This document shows, one piece after another, positions 27,401 to 40,374 of a stretch of 64,000 nucleotides of DNA. This DNA comes from Octopus sinensis (taxonomy: Eukaryota): positions 51,336,001-51,400,000 of the forward strand of contig NC_042997.1 of NCBI RefSeq assembly GCF_006345805.1. The letters run 5' to 3'. Position numbers and translations under genes: made by a program. How positions within the stretch are numbered: position 1 is the stretch's first letter; each line of letters begins with the position of its first letter. The notes beneath the pieces were generated by a model. That model saw only the letters and a list, made by a program, of their open reading frames with translations, ran no database searches and had not been told where the DNA came from.

Positions 27401-28487
27401 TCAGGGCTTCTTAGACTGGCGGAAAACAGGAAGGAACATATCCTCAGCTTAGAGTACTAGTTCAAATACTTACAACATAGTGAATTCTGCTGAGTAAGGT
27501 GGTAATGCTTAACAGGGCAAGTGAATAAGTCTACTACTCCAAAACAAAAATGATCTTCCAACAGGCTTTCTTGGTTACAAAGTAATTTAGAATTGTTTTC
27601 TCCATATTTGGCTAAAACATAGTTCAAACAAATAAAACATTTTGTTTTTACTGGGAGAAAACAACCTACATTCAGATGAGAACAAAATAATTTTTTATGA
27701 ATGACTTCAGGTATTGAATAATGAAAATATCCAAAACAATAAAGATGTGAAATTTTATATGTAAGGAAAGTCATCAATACATACATATTTAATATATATA
27801 TACTTCGGAAACTAAGAACACTAACTGGAAATTATATAAGAGCTCTTGGGCATTCTTATATATTTTAAATGACACATAGAGACACTACCAGAAACACTTC
27901 TTGTATACTCAAGGTTTTTTTTTTTTTTTTACTACTACATATTAACTGCAACATATCACTAGATGAACAGTTTTCAGATTAATGATAACCATTTTTGTTA
28001 ATATTTAATTGTCATAACTACTTTCTCATATAAGGACTGTGATCTTGCCAAATTCTGTCTTTTTGTCAATTGTATATATGTATATATATACAATATATAC
28101 ATATATATATATATATATAAATGGATGAATGAATTATCCTTTGTTTACAGTTAACACGAAAATTCAATAAACAGTTACCAGGGTAGCAAAATTCATACAA
28201 GTAGCAAGGATGTAGCGACCTAGTCAAAGGTAGAAACGCCAGGTTAATGTGCAGTAATTTGTATAGTATAAGTAAATAAATGGAGTTAATGCAGGTGTTA
28301 TTCAAATTCTTTTACTTTCGACATATGTTTCAAAGACAACATTGGTTTTATTCCAAAGGAATAAACGGTGTAAAATAATGTAATCTTCTCATCAGTAAAG
28401 AAAGAGAACCTATCTCAACAACAAGACATTATAACAATTTTGATAATTGCATAAATGATAAACAGAATGCTATTAAGTATTTTAGAA

Positions 28488-29070
28488 AAAACTATTAGTA
28501 GATCTGACATCAAAGGCAGACCATAGGAAGAGAAGGAGTAAAGAAATAATAAGTAGAGAACAAATAAAGAGGGATATATTGGTTGAAAAAATGTTCAAAG
28601 GCTTGGAAGTAGATTTCTCTATTGAAGTAAAGTGCAAGGTGAACTAAATGTTCAAACTATACAGACTGGTATAAATCACTTATATGAGCTAAAGGTATGT
28701 TTCTGCCAGTGCTTACATTTGTAAGATCACTCTATAAGTGTGTTAACAAGGTAATTCTTAGAGGAGAGAATATAGAAGAGTTCAAAGTTGCAAATGTTAC
28801 AAAATCCTTTGCCCTTGTCATAAGGATAAACCAATCTAACTTAAAATCCTTATTGTTGTCTTTTACTTATATATATATATATGTATATATATATAAAACT
28901 GTTAGTAGATCTGACATCAAAGGCAGACCATAGGAAGAGAAGGAGTAGAGAAATAATAAGTAGAGAACAAATAAAGAGGGATATATTGGTTGAAAAAATG
29001 TTCAAAGGCTTGGCAGTAGATTTCTCTATTGAAGTAAAGTGCAAGGTGAACTAAATGTTCAAACTATACA
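28488..29070. repeat. 176-bp direct duplication (28488-28663 and 28895-29070)
   Basis: Only three substitutions seen by eye; the second copy is flanked by (TA)n on both sides. Confidence 0.92.
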
Positions 29071-29088
29071 TATATATATGTATATATA

Positions 29089-29129
<41 letters not shown>

Positions 29130-29290
29130 CAATTATAGCAGTGACTCGATCAATTCCTAGCGATATCTGAAAAAGGAATTTTTATATTCTGAAATATTAT
29201 ATCATATCAGACTAAGAATAATTAAATTATAACAGTTATTATTGTCCACTCTGCATTGATGTGCCATTCAAGACATGTTATATTTCACAA

Positions 29291-29328
<38 letters not shown>

Positions 29329-29523
29329 TTATGTTTTATTAGTGTTGGCTCAAAGCTGTGGCCATGCTGGGGCATCACTGTTTTGCTACACTGTTATTCT
29401 TGAGAGCATCTGCTGATATGTAGCATTTAGTGAATAAGGGAGTTTGATGTTGCTACCCTCATTTGCACCTCCTACCGTGATGGCCAGCAGTTGAGTTTAC
29501 ATCCACCTCATCTATGGATAGTA

Positions 29524-30455
29524 TTATGTCTTCTTCACAATGTTGATGTAATACATTGTAACTGCTTTGCTGGTTATAGGTGAGGCGGCAAAGAAATCCA
29601 CTGGTTCATTCACTTGTCTGTGTTCCAACGGGGTGATAAAGACACTTTTGAACTGGTCATTCAGTATCTCACTGATCCTGGTTGGGTTATCTATGAGGGA
29701 GCCATCTTTTTGGAAGAGGAGTCCTATTTTGCAGCCAACTGAAGCTGTTTCTTTGGCATAATGAAAGAACGCTTTGGGTTTGACTTGATATTTTTTATAA
29801 CCCAGGCTTCTTTGTCTACTTTCTCCTTCACATAGGATTGTTGCACATCTTTGAAGACCCACAACTACACCTCACAAATCTTGTCAGAATGTTGAATAGT
29901 TGTGAACTCTTGAAGCCCAAGCTGTTACAGTACTGGGTCCTTATTCTAGATGGAGGAAATGGGATCCTTGGTACTATGCAATGCCATCCAGTGTGGAGGT
30001 TGTTATAGCATCTAAAGTTGGGAGCTAGACCTTCCAGGATCTTCCATTTGTATATCACTGTATATCTTCCACACATTCTCTCTAGGGAGTGGGTCTTCAG
30101 TGCCTCACCAGTTCTGCCAAGTCATTCTTCTTTGTGTAGTAGCCTTAGGTTCTGCCATCAGTTTGATGCTCTGTGGTGACTACAGTTGGGAACAGTAATC
30201 CAGATGACTGAGAATGGTAGTTTTCCATAGGAATAGCATGGTACCCTTTTATCTGGCTCTGAATGATCTCAGAATCCATCCAGCTGTTCTCTGACATTGT
30301 GTTACCATCTTCGTAATATGCACAAAGAATGTTGCATCATTACTCATGTAGATTCCCAGGTCATGCACCAACTCTAGGATTGCACTAGCCCTTGGTCCTG
30401 TGTATTCTGATTGTAGCCTGTTTATGGGCTGATAGTGCAGTGCTTGAAACTTCTC
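29524..30455 (-). mobile_element. Rearranged fragments of a related CR1/L2-like LINE
   Basis: 29833-30455 encodes the post-RT C-terminal region (EKFQALHY, VHDLGIYMS, GWILRSF, YTVIYKWKILEGLAPN). 29524-29832 encodes the EN-RT linker (KAFFHYAKE, SEILNDQFKSVF), which is homologous to about 59330-59500. Confidence 0.85.
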
Positions 30456-30461
30456 AAGAGG

Positions 30462-30660
30462 TGTGAAATATGTGGCCATGTATTCCTTTCCAAGGGTGCA
30501 TATGTCAACCATCTTAAGTCCCATGAAAGATCAACTGTATGTAAAGTCCTTCCTCTTAAACCAGATGATTTGACATGCGAAGTGTGTGAAAGGACATGTA
30601 GGTCAATTTCTGGTCTGCAGAGACATGACATTTTACAGGCAGTTCTGGACTGCAGTGGCA
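30462..30660 (+). mobile_element. Two C2H2-type fingers, probably the C-terminus of an RTE-like LINE ORF
   Basis: CEICGHVFLSKGAYVNHLKSH and CEVCERTCRSISGLQRH, joined by a long non-TGEKP linker. No splice signals or upstream ORF; it abuts the LINE fragment head-to-head. Confidence 0.55.
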
Positions 30661-33600
30661 TACAACAGTTTATTTCCCTCAAAATGATCCAATCAATCTA
30701 GTGGAAGTTATAGCTTTTGTCCATTACCTATGTTTCAAAACATGCAAATCTGCAGCAGGACTGAATAGTCATTTGATGATATGTCAAAAATGTAATTGAC
30801 AGTGAAGAAACTCATTTGTGAATATGGAGCACAATCACCATATATATATATTTTTTATATGTGTATGTATATGCAGATGTAGATATATGTATGTGTCTAT
30901 ACACATAGACACATATAATATGCACATTTAAAATGTTGAATAAAATTACATGGTTTGGTTTTCGTGTTTTTTATTATTGTATTTTTTAAAATCAATTTTG
31001 AAGTGAGTTAAACATAATATTTTGTAAAAGTTCAATTAGTTCTTTCATATATTCACAGTAATCAGCAAGTTTCAAGCATTCAGCTCAACTGTTATTCAAT
31101 ACATTTTGAAATCTGATGATTACTACAAATGTATGAAAATGTTGATTGAACTTCATGAACATTACAAAATATTTTTTTGAGGTTTAATACACTTCAACAG
31201 TGTAAAAAATTTTATTTTTAAATACAATAATAAAAAACGTGAAAACCAGACCATATTGTAACTTTATTCAACTGATATATTATTCCATACACATTTACAC
31301 AAATTCAGGAAGCACAATATTGTCACTTCTACAGAATTCAGAGCCAGCACTACAAGTTTATGGCATTTCATATATGAATATATCCATATAAACAATGCAA
31401 TAGAAGATAGTAAAAAATGGGTAATGGTTGTATATGCATGTTTCAAGAGTTATTGCTCTTTTATCAGTACCACATCCAACCCACCAACTATCCACAAATG
31501 CATTGCTTAAATACCCACTAAGTTTAGTGGTAATAATATAATTGGATAGACCACTGCTCTCAAGGTGCTTTGAATTGTTGTTGATAAAGCATAGACATTT
31601 AAATAGCTGCTGAGAAGTTCCGTGCTTATATCTGTAAGGCTATGTTCATATATTCTGAGTACTAAATACATCCTCTCTATACTGGCCACTGTCTGAAAAG
31701 GACAAATTTTATTATAAATCAGCAAGATAACTTAAATCTATTGTCATTAGTACCCATATGAACATTAAATTAGTACTCAAGTATTTCTGAGACTAGATAA
31801 AGATCTAATAATTGATGAAACCCTTTGGCATTTTTAGCATCATATTAATTTTCTCATCACTGACATGTGTGATGTGCTTTGCAAAATGCAAAGTCTCTAT
31901 GAGAAGAGTTTTGGGAATAGATTTGTAATAACCTTTTATATTGTATTGTTGGAAATAAGAATTTTATTTATCAAGGGTAGATTTAAACAATTTAATACTG
32001 ACTGGATTTTTTCTAGACAGTTAGTCTGAGATCTTAAGTATAAGCAGAAATATGTGAAGTGTATGAGATTGAAGCTAATTCACTGATGATGGGATTTTCC
32101 ATTGGGATAGAATGAATTTATGAATGTAGGGACACATGTTAAACATCTTGTTTCTGCCATTTAGAGTGTTCCTCAACTTGTTTAGTTAGATTATTTACAT
32201 TATTTACATTTGACAGATATTTTTCCTCATCTTATTTGTTGTTAACACAACGTTTCGGCTGATATACTCTCCAGCCTTCATCTCTTAAATATAGCTCTGT
32301 ATTGTCTAGTTAGAGTAGAATGTGTGTTCTTTCCATTGGGCAAGACCTACTTTTTTTGGTCCATTGATGTATGTATGATCTTTGCAAGTTGTTATACTTA
32401 TTACTGTAGTCAATGTGCCATCATCACTAGACTGATTTCATAAACCCCCTTGATCCTATATTTTTATCTGCCTTCGATAGCTATTTATTCCTTTCAGGGT
32501 TTTCTGCCCTTTCCTTTTCTTATAATAGCAATTATTCTTACAAGCAGCCCCTTGGGACCATATGGATCTGGACACGTGATTATGTTTTTGATGTGGGTAG
32601 ACGTGTCACCTTATATATAGATATATGGGGTGCTGCTAGATGTGCACAAGTGAGTGTGTATGGATATTTTTGCTTGTGTACAGGTGAATGTGAGTATGCA
32701 TATGGATTACACATGTATACATGTACATGCTCATAGATGTGTATGCATCTTTGTGTAATTGTGTATGTATATATCATATGTAATCCCATTTCATCTGCTC
32801 ACACATTATACAAAGTCACATTCTAGATATAGGTATACTTTCATAACATTCTAGAAGACTAAATCATATTGTCTAAACATCTGTGCTAGCGCACCACTTA
32901 CATAGTTACTTCCTTTGCAGTAGATGTGTGTGTGTGTGTGTGTGCATAAATATGTGTTAACTAAAATAGAAGAAGTATTCAGAGAATCAAACACCACTCA
33001 TGGTAAGCACTAAGCAAGGATACTGGCTAACAAAGTAACACATTGATTAAATTTAGGATCCAATTTAACTTCACCACATACCTGAAAATCTAAGAAACTC
33101 TATTTTGAAGTGTATAATAATAAACAGTTAAAATCCTAAAGTGAAAAGTAAAAAATATTTAATTTATGTTTACAGCTGTTTCATAATTCATATGCAGTTA
33201 CATCACTAGCACTGATTTTTAAGGTGCATACCTATTGTGTACACTTCACATATGCCTTACATACGCATATACATATGTATGCAGACATACAATTGTACAG
33301 TAACCCAATAATATACTGAATAGAACTATTCTTCAGAACATATTCCAGAGTACATATTCCATTCCAGTACACAATGTAAAGTCAGCTCAGTTTATATGAG
33401 ATTAGCTGGATGAAAAAAATTCTTTTGTAAACAAAGTACCTGTTTTAGATTTCAGAAACACCAATTGTAAAAGGACATAAAAGGCAAAAGAAAAAGAATA
33501 TGTAAACTAAAATAAAAATAATACATAAAGGAATTGTAAAAACTACCGATAGCTGTAAAGGATATTATTAAAACAAGACAAAAAAATATATATAAGCAAA

Positions 33601-34471
33601 CAGATGTAAGCATCTGGTTTATTCAATCAGTGAAGGTATAGATCATAGACACACCTCAAAATTGGTTCATTGCAATCAATCACATAGACAAAATTTTAAA
33701 CCTAAGCTAAAGAATATATTCATTTTTCATATCAAGCTAGTCACTGGCCAATTCCACCACAAAATACAAACTGACTGGCCTCCTCCACTCCTTACCCACC
33801 TATTGTATATCACAAATCATTATTTGACTTCTTTGGCTCCAAACTCCTCTTTCCTTCTTTGCTTTTGTGATGAAATTAGCAACTAGCTTGAATGCCAATG
33901 AATATATTCTATAGATTACATTTAAAATTTTGTCTATGTAATTGATTGCAACTAATCATTTTCAGTTGTCTTGATTTACACCTTTACTGACTGGATAAAT
34001 CTTTTACATTCTTTTACAATAGGTGTTTCTGAAATTTAAAGAGAGTGCTTTGCTCAGTGGTAATCCTCTTCATGCTCTTGTTGGATGCAACTGGGCTCAT
34101 CTCAACCTCAGAGCATCATTGTTCCTTGCTTACAAAAGAAATTTTTCCATCTTGTATAAATTGAGTTGATTTCACCTTGTGTGTTAGAGATAAATATGTA
34201 TTGTCTTGAATGTGTTCTGAAGAATAGTCCTATTCAGTGTATCTTTATGTTACTATACAACTGTATGTGTGCATTAATATGCATGTATATTTGTATCTAA
34301 AGTGTATGCAAAATATATACAATGAGTATGCACCATAAAATCAATGTTGATGATGTAACTGAATGTGAATTATGAAACAACTATACAGAATTAAATATTT
34401 AACTCTCACTTCTCCTGAATTTTAATTGATTATTATGTGTGTGTGCATTTATGTGTATTTTCCCAAAACAA

Positions 34472-34785
34472 CTTGTCCAACCATCCCATTTTGTGGCATT
34501 ATTTCAAGCCAGCCAGCTTTTTTTGCGCAAACTGCACATGCATTTTTCTCACATACGTGTAATATTGATTGCAGCAGCTGATGTACTTGCGCATACAAAT
34601 GCACATTCCCACAGCTTTATCGATCGCATTCTCACCCGGAATCGATTTTTGTAATTTTTCAAGACTTATACACACCCTGATACCATTGGTATCTAGATAT
34701 CAAATTTGAGCGCAATCAGATAGAGGATGCCTGAGATCCCAGAAGACACGCACACAGACAGACAGAACAGATTTTATATAATAGA
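34472..34785 (-). mobile_element. Probable non-autonomous Helitron
   Basis: The minus strand begins A|TCTATTATATAAAAT followed by a (TCTG) microsatellite, and ends with a degenerate hairpin and CAAG|T. CpG-rich interior. Confidence 0.45.
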
Positions 34786-34797
34786 TATGTATATACA

Positions 34798-36046
34798 CAG
34801 GGGTTGGACAAAATAATGGAAACACCTTAAAATTTCAAACAAATTTATTTTAATATGGGGTAGGACCACCTTTGGCAGTAATTACAGCTTGAATCCTATG
34901 AAGCATGGACTCATACAAAGTTTAAATTGTTTCCAAAGGGATTTTTGTTCATTCTTCAGCTGAAACAGTCTCCAGTTCTTGTAGTGATGATGGTGGAGGA
35001 TATGAACTCCTTACTTGTTTTTCTAAAATGCACCATAATTGTTCCATAATATTCAGATCTGGGTACTGTGATGGCCAGATAAGATGTTCAACTTCACTAG
35101 GATATTCCTCATGCCATTCAGTAACAACTTTAGCTGTGTGAATTGGTGCATTATCATTCTGAAAGATTGCATTTCCACAACCATAGGATGAATTTGATCA
35201 GATAAAATGTTTAAATAGTCTTGACTATTAATTCTGCCATGAAGAGAAACCATTGGGCCAGTGGATTTCCACGATATAGCCCCCCAGATCATCACAGATC
35301 CTCCTCCATGTTTAACAGTTGGAAGAAAGCAGTCTGGGTCAAATGCTTCTTTTGGCTGTCTCTGCACGTATACTTGGTTGGTGGTCAGAAATAAGGTACA
35401 GGATGACTCATCCAAGAAAATAACATTCTTCCACTGTTCTAGGGACCAATTCTGTAGGTTTTTACTCCACTCTAAATGCTTTGCAACATTTTTATTTGAA
35501 AGTTATGGTTTTCTGATTGCAGCCTCCCATGAATCTGGCTTTGTGCAGCTCCCAGCAAACAGTTTTTGTGAAAACAGTTTAGTGGTCATTAAGCTCTGCA
35601 GTAATTTTGAGAGCTGTACTTTTGTGATCCTTTCTAACAATTCATGCAAGAGCCTGACAGTCCCTATTTGAAAGTTTTGGTTTTCTTCTGGAGTTTTGTT
35701 TCGACAAGGAGGTCCTTCATTTTTTCTCAAAGGCTGTCATTACTTTTGAGACAGTACTTCTTGATACACCAAACATTTCTGCTATTTTCATTACATTAGT
35801 GCCTGCCACACAAGCACCAACAATTTGACCTCTTTGAAAGTCCAATAGATCTGTTATTTTAATGAATTTTAATTACCTTTTTCTGATGATATCTGAAAAG
35901 AAACAGCAATTTTAGCGAAACATATTAAGCAACACTAATAATAAATAAAAAAAAACAAAAATAAACAAGCTTTTGACGGTTTTATAGATATTTCAAAATT
36001 ACAATGCTATGATGCTAGGTGTTTCCATTATTTTGTCCAACCCCTG
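34798..36046 (-). mobile_element. Tc1-like DNA transposon (DD36E), complete but decayed copy C, 1249 bp
   Basis: Perfect 30-bp TIRs (caggggttggacaaaataatggaaacacct) and a TA after the right end. Encodes DESSCTLF...KHGGGSVMIWGAISW; frameshifted. Confidence 0.95.
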
Positions 36047-37230
36047 TATATACTGCAGTAAATTTGCCTATCCCAGTGTATTACCATTAAGTATAATACA
36101 CAATGGTTATTTTTTTATCTAATACCGTTTCTGTTGCATGTACTGGATTATTATTCAACTGGGCAGTTATTTGCAACATCAGTGACTGTTTATTCACTGT
36201 TTTCCTATTTGAGCAATGACATGCTACTAACAAAGGATGAGTATTAGGGAAAGCTGTTGGGAAAGGCCTAACAAGGGCAGATTGGGTGTAAACCTAATTT
36301 TTGTTAAGACAGGTTTTTTTTAGTATAGCGTATCACGAGGCTCAACATCATGAGATTTGCTTACACTACTTCATCCCACATCTTTCTGGATTTCCTTCCA
36401 CAAGTTCCATCTATATTAGCAGTTGGCATTGCTTAATAGTGAATACCAGTTTGCAGGCAAGATAAAGGAAACAGGAGTTATCCAAGGAGTAGAAGTAGGG
36501 GATAAGTGACAGTATAAAAGAAATGAGTCTAGCAATCTCACAGTTGCTACTAGGACAGTTTTCATCTGTCTAATATATATGTACTGTGTTTTTAAACACT
36601 GCATATACATATGAGATATTATCTCAGAACAAATACTGCATTTAATTTTCCTATCATGAACTATTAACATTAAATATGGTATACAAATGGCTTTTTTAAT
36701 CTAATACTGGTTCTGTTGCATATAAGATATATAATTGTATATACCTTGATACTGTGTGCTATATATATATATATCTATGAATCAAAGAAGCTGGTTGTGT
36801 TTTTTCACATCCATGGAACTTTAATTAATATGAAGAGTCATATTAACATGTTACTTAATATATACAACTCTACAACTCCTGCTATATGTGCCGAGTGGTA
36901 CTTACATGTGTGTGCATAGGTCGATGAAGAATAGGAAGATGATGTGCAGTGTAGGGGGCATGAGAAATATGCACATTAACAGAGATGGAGGTCAGAGGAA
37001 TGTAGGGGTAGAAATAGTGAGTGACAAAAGGGGATATGAACGACAGACATGACAGGGAGTTCAGGGGAAAAGAACCTTCAATGGAAAATAAAGTGGTAAG
37101 AAATGATATTGAAAGTGTGAGATGGGTGAGAAAAGAAAATAATTGCAGGGAGAGAAATAACTGATTGCACAGAAAAAGATCATATTATTATAGCCCCTAG
37201 GTGAGAAATGCCATAGTTAGAAGAGTGATA

Positions 37231-37890
37231 AAAGGATGAGTATAAGGGAGATTGAGCTGTTGAGAAAGGCCTGACAGGGGCAGATTGGGTGTAGACCTAA
37301 TTTTTGTTGAGACAGGTTATTTTGAGCACAGCATATCATCTTAGTCTTTTGTCTCTCCTGTATGAGGATTTCATTACAATACTTCATCCCACATCTTTCT
37401 GGATTTCCTTCCACAAGTTCCATCCATATTAGCAGTTGGCATTTTTTATGCAGTTGTCCTCAACCACATGCTCCATGTGCCCATACCAGCACAGTCCTCT
37501 CTTTTTGATACTACATCTGATATTTCATATGCCTAATTTTTCTCACAACCCATTTGCACTTTGTCATTCATGCACACTGATTTTGTACATCCAACAAAGC
37601 ATGCTAGCTTAATTTCTTTCTAGCCTTCATATATCCTGTTTTCATTGCCCACATTTCATTAACATATAGCCTTGCTGTTTTTACACCAGCATCATGCAAT
37701 TTGCCTTTCACTTTGAGAGAGAGGCCTTTTGTTACCAACTGAGGTAGTAATCCCCTGATCTTTCTTCAACTTGTTCTTATTCTAGCATCTATACTTTCAG
37801 AATATCCCCCTCCCCTGCTAATTATGTCACTTAGGTGAGATAAACTATATACTACCTCTAAGGATCATCTTGAACATTTGAGAAAGTATA
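37231..37890 (-). mobile_element. Degenerate RTE 3' fragment; its left ~200 bp is duplicated at 36231-36430
   Basis: MDGTCGRKSRKMWDEV-like remnant; DNA similar to the other RTE 3' ends. Confidence 0.6.
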
Positions 37891-38216
37891 TATTTCATGT
37901 GTGCTTAGTGTTTATTGCTTTCATGCATATTCCATAAAGTTTACTTTTTCTGTTAACATTTTTGTGATTCCACTGCTCCTTTTATGTGTACTTAATTTTC
38001 ACTGGATACACCTTATGGAAATTCTACCTACAACTTTTCTACATACCAAACAGAGTCATTTACTTGATGAGATTAGCATCCATATCTATTATGTGTGACA
38101 GAAGCAGTATTAGTTTAAAATTGCAAATCCATCAAAATCCATCAAAACAAGTGAAATTAACTATGATATTCAACTTGAGCTGAATCTTTGTATCTCTTAT
38201 GTACACACCATGACAA

Positions 38217-38435
38217 CCCTTTAGCATTTAGACTAGACCTATCCTGCCAAAATATTATAACTGTTTTATGTTCAAAATGGCCAGATTCAGCCTTTCATAC
38301 CTGTTCTACAATGTCATTCGAAAAGTAGACAATAACATCATCAAATCTCAAAACAATGAAGTGATAAATGATTAGTTGAAAATAATTTGGGTAAATAAAA
38401 GTTAAATTTGAATGAGTAATCTGAATATGAAAAGG
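38217..38435. mobile_element. Older copy of the same piggyBac-type MITE
   Basis: CCCTTTAGCATTTA ... GAATATGAAAAGG|TTAA, with internal similarity to 55786-55994. Confidence 0.7.
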
Positions 38436-40196
38436 TTAAATAACACAGATATAACAATGACAGACAAAAATTGTCCAGCAGCTAGTTGTGCATTTCTGCC
38501 TTTTGGGCTTTTCTCAGTAGCATGTATTCATTAGCAGCCATATACTAAGACAAATTTCATTGTCACTGGTATAGTAAAGCAGTTATTGAAAAATGACATG
38601 TGAGTGTCTGCATGCATGCGCGCGCACACACACACACACAAAAGTAGTAAAATATTAAAACTAAGTTTCAGATGAATGTAAAGATGATATTACCTTGTAG
38701 GTTGGAAATAATAATCTAAGGGTTTTGAGAGGGAGTTACAGGATGTAAGTCATTAGTCAGAATGACTTTTTGGTGGGATTCTATAACTTCAACATATATT
38801 TGAAGAAACATCTCCATGGTCCTGGCTCATTTGAGCAGGTTTTCAGATAATCTCTAGAGGAATAGTTTACAATATTCTTGCTTCTCTATGGTGCACGAAG
38901 AACATCTTGTACTATTGATTTATTGCCTGCTTTACCCTCTAATTCCCTGCTGAATTCTATAGTCCTTGTTGTTCTCTTCAAGTTACCAAATACACTTTGA
39001 TAAAGTTGTGTATGTTGTATCCTCTTCATCTTTGAAGGAGAGAATATAATCAGCTTTTTCCTCCCCTTCAGTCATTCTGGCATAATTTTTGATTTCTATT
39101 ACTCCAATGTTTTTAGTACTGGCTTCCACTTTACTTGCTGCTGCTTTAAGGTAGCTAACTTGAATAAGCAGGCATTCTTTTGTTCCTGCATGGGATACTT
39201 ATCAGCTGTAGATGTTTTAAGCTTGATGTCAAAATATTTTTAATATTACTTTCAGTCTAGTATTTTCCACTGAAGATAGATTTATAATGGTGGTTGCTTG
39301 CAAATTGTATGTATGTTAAATTACAGGAACAATTTTCCTATAGTAGAGACAAGAGGAGTAAGCCAGATTAATTTGTAGGGTATATTTTTGGACCTGGGGA
39401 TAGGTGTATTATGAATTGCCTTTCAAACAACTTTTGGATAGGTGGCAAATTGTTTTAGTGATAGTAGTCTTAAATAGTTTTATGTTTTGGTACATTAATC
39501 TAGGGCAAAATGTTAGAAATTTGTTAAATTTAGGTTTGACACTTAATCTATTTGCTTGTAGTTACTAATAAGCTCTTTCTTAAAATACTTAAGGTGTGTT
39601 TGTTGGCATTAGTGGATACAACTAACTTACTATTTCAACAAATACCAAAATTAAGGTTAAGTTCTTCCAGCAAGATATCTAGCTGTTCAAAATAAGAAAG
39701 AATTGAGATTCTTGTCCTTTGAATGGAATATTTTACTCACCTTAATTTGGTACTTATACATGTCCTCTATCATATGCAAGCACTCACTAATACATTCATA
39801 GATACATACCTACATACATTTATATAAACATACATATTTGTATATATATAATATATGTGTGTGTGTATCAACATTTATGTATGTGGGTGTGTGTGTATGT
39901 ATGCTAGTGTCATCGTTATTATCATCATCATCATTTTAATATCCTCTTTTCCATGCTTGCATGAGTCAGATGCAATTTATTGAGGCAGATTTTCTAAAGA
40001 CAGATGCCCTATCTATTAGCAAACCTCACCTATTCCCAAGCAAGATGATATTTATCCATGGTCAGACATGTTTTTTGCAAAATATTGGCAATGAATATCA
40101 CCTCATCTATGAACTGAGAAGCATTTAGAAGTATTCTACGATGTGAGGGCAAGACAACACAAACATTCACACATGTGCACACATACACACACACAT

Positions 40197-40350
40197 TGGG
40201 TTTCTTTCAGTTTACCAAATCCACTTGCAAGGTCAAGGCCTTGGTCAGCCCAAGACTATAGTAGAAGTCACTTGCCCAAGGTATCATGCGGTGGGTCTGA
40301 ACCTGAAACCACTCGGATAGAAAGTAAACTCGTAACTGCACAATCATGCC
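40197..40350 (-). mobile_element. Same SINE family, diverged 5' half
   Basis: tttctttcagtttaccaaatccacttgcaagg...cacttgcccaagg. Confidence 0.7.
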
Positions 40351-40374
40351 TATGTGTTTTATAAATATATAACA

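Noticed and set aside
27371-27460. Short frame KGGRT...LLRLAENRKEH resembling CAPS 'IRLAE' and the vertebrate KGE insert
   Set aside because: The downstream residues do not match CAPS, a stop follows, and the donor (gtaacc) is weak.
30435-30701. 88-aa ORF as a stand-alone C2H2 zinc-finger gene
   Set aside because: It starts inside an antisense LINE fragment, has no TGEKP linker, and the second finger lacks its last His; treated as a mobile-element remnant.
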